DNA of 64,000 nucleotides from Salpingoeca rosetta (taxonomy: Eukaryota; Protista; Choanoflagellata), in NCBI GenBank assembly GCA_033442325.1, contig JAWQFM010000029.1, positions 648,847 through 712,846 on the forward strand, written 5' to 3'. Below are positions 59,060 to 64,000 of this stretch, piece by piece (position 1 is the stretch's first letter; the number at the start of each line of letters is the position of its first letter). The notes beneath the pieces are model-generated. The model made no database searches and was not told the origin of the DNA. It saw nothing but the letters and a program-made list of their open reading frames with translations. The position numbers and the translations under genes were made by a program.

Positions 59060-59482
59060 GCTCTCCCCCTGTTCCGCTGTCGTTGTGTGCAACCCATCGC
59101 ACCTCGACACGTGACACCGGCCCGTGCTGACGTACTTGTTGTTGTCGGTGTGCTTGCTTGCTTGTCCAGCGTGCACGCTTGCCCACTTGCTTCCTCCTTG
59201 CCCGTTGTTTCCCCCATTCTCTTGGTTGTGTTGCCGTTCATGCTTGTGTTGCTGCTTCCAATTCCACTCTTGGCTGTTGCTTTTCTTCGTGCATGCGTTC
59301 GAAGTTGTGCCCATGCTTCCTCTGTTGACCCATCCTGTTGACCCCGCTCCCATGCTTTCATGCTGACCCCCGTGCAAGTAAAAGCAATGTCGTCTGCCGT
59401 TTCACCGCTCGCGCGAGATGTGAGTGTGATATGAGATCGCACGCGTGCGCGCGCGTGTGTGTGTGCGCGCGAAGACAGAACG

Positions 59483-59580
<98 letters not shown>

Positions 59581-60003
59581 GCATACATGTGTGTGTTTGT
59601 GTGTGTTGTTGTTGCTGATGATGTTGGTAAAGACTGCTGCGTTTATGGGTGAAGCAAAGGAAAGAAGCAAAGCGGGTGGGGAGCACAAGCAAGAACATGG
59701 AATCGTGCAACAGAAGGCAGGAAGTGCGACCGTGTGATGAATGAGAGGACAACAGGCACAGGAGAGGACACAGCGCCGAAACAGAAGCAACGTGAGCACA
59801 CAAACACAAAGCGCAACAACCGTCACAAAACCAGAAACGAACAAAAGGAAAGTGACAACGTGTGATGTGTTGTCTGAACCCACGCGTGAAGGTGAGACAT
59901 GGGTAGAATATTTGTGTGTGTGTGTGTGTGTATGTGTGTGTGTGCTTTTTTGTTTGTTTGTTTGTGTGTGTGTGTGCGTGTGTGTATGTATGGATGTGTT
60001 TGC

Positions 60004-60303
60004 CTACTCCATTGGCTGGGTCTCCTGTGTTTGCTCTCCCTCCGATTGCTGCTCCTGTGGTGGCGGGGGTGGCGGGGTGTCGGCCTTGACCTGCACGAAG
60101 AACGCGCGCAGCACATCGCTGCCAACATTCTCAAACGCGTAGAAGTTGTCTGCACTCATGGTGGTGGCGGTGGCGCCAATGCGGATGAGCGTGGTGCGTG
60201 GCCAAGAGGAAGCTTGAAGTAAGGTTCGACCAGAACCTCACACATTGACAAACACGTAGAGAGAGACGGAGACAGAGAAAGAGACAGAGAAAGAGACCCA
60301 GAC

Positions 60304-60347
<44 letters not shown>

Positions 60348-60468
60348 CACACACACACACACACACACACACCTGGGGGAACGTAGAAGCAAGTGCCGAG
60401 ACCAACGACAAACTCGTCGTTGTGAATGCACACACGCGCAGTGCCGGCAGTGATGGTGAACACCTGAG

Positions 60469-60512
<44 letters not shown>

Positions 60513-60810
60513 TGGCATGAGCATTGTGCAAGATGCAAGCAAAAACAAGCATGTTCAGGGCAACAAAAAGCAAAGCTGATGGAGAAAGTAGACCCACAAA
60601 CCCACAAACCACCCGCTTGCACGCATGACACACCACGCCACAACCACGCCACCGTGCAACTGTCCCGTGTGCTCCTCACCAGAAAGTTTCGGCGGGTGAA
60701 CTGCCGCGGCTTCGACGCGCCGGGGTCGAGCTGGTGATGGTGGTGGTGGTGGTGGTGGTGGAAGGGTGAAGGACAGGTGTGAGGAAGGGGTGGGCAGACG
60801 AGCAGATTCA

Positions 60811-60882
<72 letters not shown>

Positions 60883-61148
60883 ACAAACACACACGGACGC
60901 ACGCATGCATGCATGCACACAAACAGTCACACACCAGGGCACGTGCAAGAGCCACACCTCAATTTGCCCGGAGGACCAGCGCGCGTCTGCGAGCGCAAAT
61001 GCTTTGCAAAACCGCATACCGCCCTTGCCCTTCCACGCATTCATGGCATACGTCTTGATGGCAGCTGGTGGGTGTGGTGGCGGTAGCGGTGATTGAAAGT
61101 TGAGCTTATGCGATGGCGTGTGTACACCCATCCACGCACACACACACC

Positions 61149-61225
<77 letters not shown>

Positions 61226-61823
61226 CACAACACAACACGTACATACACACCCACACACAGTTTCAGCTTGCATGGCTGTGTGCAGCTTACGGATTGTTGC
61301 TTCGCCTTCGCCCTCCCATTCCTTGACTGTGACCTCGTCTGTCGGCAGTTGCTGCATGTCCTGTTCACAACAGCACCAGACATGTGATGTTGGAGGTTGA
61401 GACACTGTGTTGGAACAAACACTCGTAGTCACGAAATGGTGTGCGAACGTGGGACGACGTACAAAGGCATGGTGAGATACACACTCACGCACGCACGCAC
61501 ACACAGGCACGCACGCACACACACACAGAGCGCATGCACGCGTGCTGCCCTCCAACGCACCAGTTGCGGCGGCTGCGTGACAATCTTCTCCACAACGCGC
61601 GGCTTGCGTTCACCATCATCATGATCATCACCATCACTGCCACCATCATTCTCGTCGTTGCTGCCACTGCGTTTTGCACGCGTGCTGCGGCCTGCCGTTG
61701 CTTTGCTGGTCCGCTTTCGCGTCTTGCGCTACAATTGCCAGGGGGCGCCAGTGGCATTTGTACATGTGAACGAGTTTGTATTTGTGTGTGCGTATGTTGG
61801 TTGGCTGGGTGGGTTGTTGCGCC

Positions 61824-61902
<79 letters not shown>

Positions 61903-62170
61903 GCCACCAACCAACAACAGCAGCAGCAGCATCAAGCCCTCAGCAGTTGGCTGACCTGGTTTTCCTGGGGTGTGTCAACGAGCACAACATCCTTCACCTG
62001 CACAAGACCCGTCTTGCGCCCCTGGTTCACAACAGGTTCATACACCACACGCTCGCCCTTCCAGAAGGCAAGCGGCTTCACCCGCGTGCGCTGAGGGCGG
62101 CCTGGCACGGGAATGGGGTAGAAATGACATGGGTTGATTGAATGAGTTGAGGTCATCGAGCAAAGCACAG

Positions 62171-62210
<40 letters not shown>

Positions 62211-64000
62211 CGCATCCAACACACCTGTCGCTGGGTTGATTGGCGTGGATGAGGTCGTGATGATGTCCAAGTCACGTGGGCCTTCCTTTGCTTCTTTCTT
62301 CACGCGTGTTGCCCTCTTCCCTTTCGTCTTCGATGCTGCTGCTGCTGCTGCGGTTGCCTTTGTCTTCCTCCCTCGCTTCGTGGCAGCAGCAGCAGCAGCA
62401 GGTGGTGGTGATGGTGATGGCGATGGTGACGGTGATCTTGCCTTTGTTCGTCGGCCCTTCTGCTTCTTCTGCTTCGCGCCACCACGTGCCGACTTTCCTC
62501 CCCTACGTCCCCTCACCACTCGTTCCTCCTCCTCCTCCTCCTCCTTGGTGCTGTCGTGCACGCTCATGTCCCCATCATCAGCACTCTCCTCCACGCCTTC
62601 TTCTTCGTCCAGCGGCGACAGGGGCCCAGCGGCTGCATCGTCCTCCTCCGCATGGAACGACGCGCGCGTGGAGACATGACGCAATGGCGTGCTGCGCTGG
62701 GGCGCATTTCGTTTTGACGGTGTCTTCGCAGAGCGCGGCGACGTGCGCGTCTTTGCGGACCGTTTTGCCGCAGTCGCTGGCGGTGACACCGCTTTCTGTC
62801 TCGTTGTGCGTCCCCTTTGGCTTTGACGTGGCGACACCACACCCGTGTCGGCACCATCACCATCACCATCACCATCACCGTCATCACTGTGCCGTGTACC
62901 ACGCTTCGACTTAGTCGTTTTCGTGGTCTTGGTCTTCGCAGCCTTCCTCCCTCCCTTGTTGAGTGGGAGCGCTGGGGAGACAGCCGTTTGCCTCGCACTC
63001 CGCCTCTTGTTCCCCTTGCCCTTTCCGCGATCACCACGCCGGCCACCATCACCATCGTCATCGCTCACATCGCCATCATCGTCGGCACCACCCAGATCAA
63101 ACAGGGGAACACCGAGCGACGTGCTCGGCACATCCGATGCGTTGCCATCATCATCATCATCATCATCATCGTCGTCGTCGTCATCATCATGTTCACCGTT
63201 ATGGATGGGTGATGGCACCTGTCAAGATGTGCGTGCGTGTGCGTGTGTGTGTGTGTGTAGACAGGTACACGTGAGGTGTGGAATCAGACACACATACGCA
63301 TACAAGAGCACGCACAAACGCACGCACAACGGGCGTAGCGCACAGGTGCAATTAAAACACGTGTTCACTCACGTCATCTTCATCAAAGTGCAGCTTCTTC
63401 TTGATGCTGGCAATCGGTGTGGAGGACGACATATGTGCGCGCTGCGATGAAACCAAAAGTTGTAGTTCACACACGAATGTTGACAAATCAAAACGCAAAC
63501 ACAAGCATGTGAGAGCAAGTTGGGTTGATCACGGCCCAAAGCCTGTTCCCCCCCTTCTCACTCACTCACGTACACACACACCTCACACTCACGTACATAC
63601 ACTCTCCCACACATTCACTTGCATCACATATGGTGGATGGGCATTCAAAGCGAGTTTTCCCTTACGTTGCCTGTGCGGCGGCGGCTGCTGGGACGCGAGG
63701 ATGCCCGTGCAGCAGCGCCGCTGGATGTCCCGCCCCGCTTCAGCACCGTCGATGTGTAAGGGGACGACGGGATCTGGTCGTCGTCGTCGTCGTCGTCGTC
63801 GTCGTAGTTGTCGTTGTCGTTGGCAGCTGCTGCGACGGCAGTGTCTGCATCCGAGTCTTCGTTAAACTCGCCAACGTCGCCCGTCACATCTGCATGAGTG
63901 GGTACATAGCAGCGTGGGAAAGAAGGACAAGCAGTGCATGAGCACGCGATCAGATGTGCATCAACAAGACACACGCACATACCTTCACACGCGCGTGTGC
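60004..64000 (-). CDS. CENPC: Centromere protein C (CENP-C/Mif2), 3' part; continues beyond the window
   Basis: CENP-C motif RPQRTRVKPLAFWKGERVVYE (~62040-62103) follows a basic/acidic disordered region. The C-terminal cupin is spread over exons: RFCKAF...WSSGQIE/LDPGASKPRQFT/VFTITAGTARVCIHNDEFVVGLGTCFYVPP/DNFYAFENVG. TAG at 60004. Confidence 0.9.

Overview
Intron-dense eukaryotic DNA with (CA)n/(TG)n and trinucleotide microsatellites. Gene content and style suggest a choanoflagellate such as Salpingoeca rosetta (inference). Most six-frame ORFs are microsatellite or antisense artefacts. By stitching exons by hand I find about 13 genes, in order: a partial CxxC protein; a Calx-beta + cNMP-like + plant PSAT-like acyltransferase; FRA10AC1; a secreted Cys/Thr-rich protein with a PPC-like tip (copy 1); a 12-kb gene with three tandem DUF2827-like domains; a Crinkler-type REase+kinase; cystathionine gamma-lyase with a PPGG-motif tail; RNA polymerase I second subunit; an intronless F-box/LRR-like gene; an inverted copy 2 of the secreted gene, ending at a 100-N gap; a secreted cadherin/beta-propeller protein; an LCIB-family (theta) carbonic anhydrase; and CENP-C. 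The most striking structure is the convergent paralog pair. The two genes are near-identical over about 2.5 kb including introns but have divergent C-terminal domains, and they bracket about 34 kb. Inverting that segment would swap the variable tips. All domain calls come from motif recognition, not database searches, and exon boundaries are manual.
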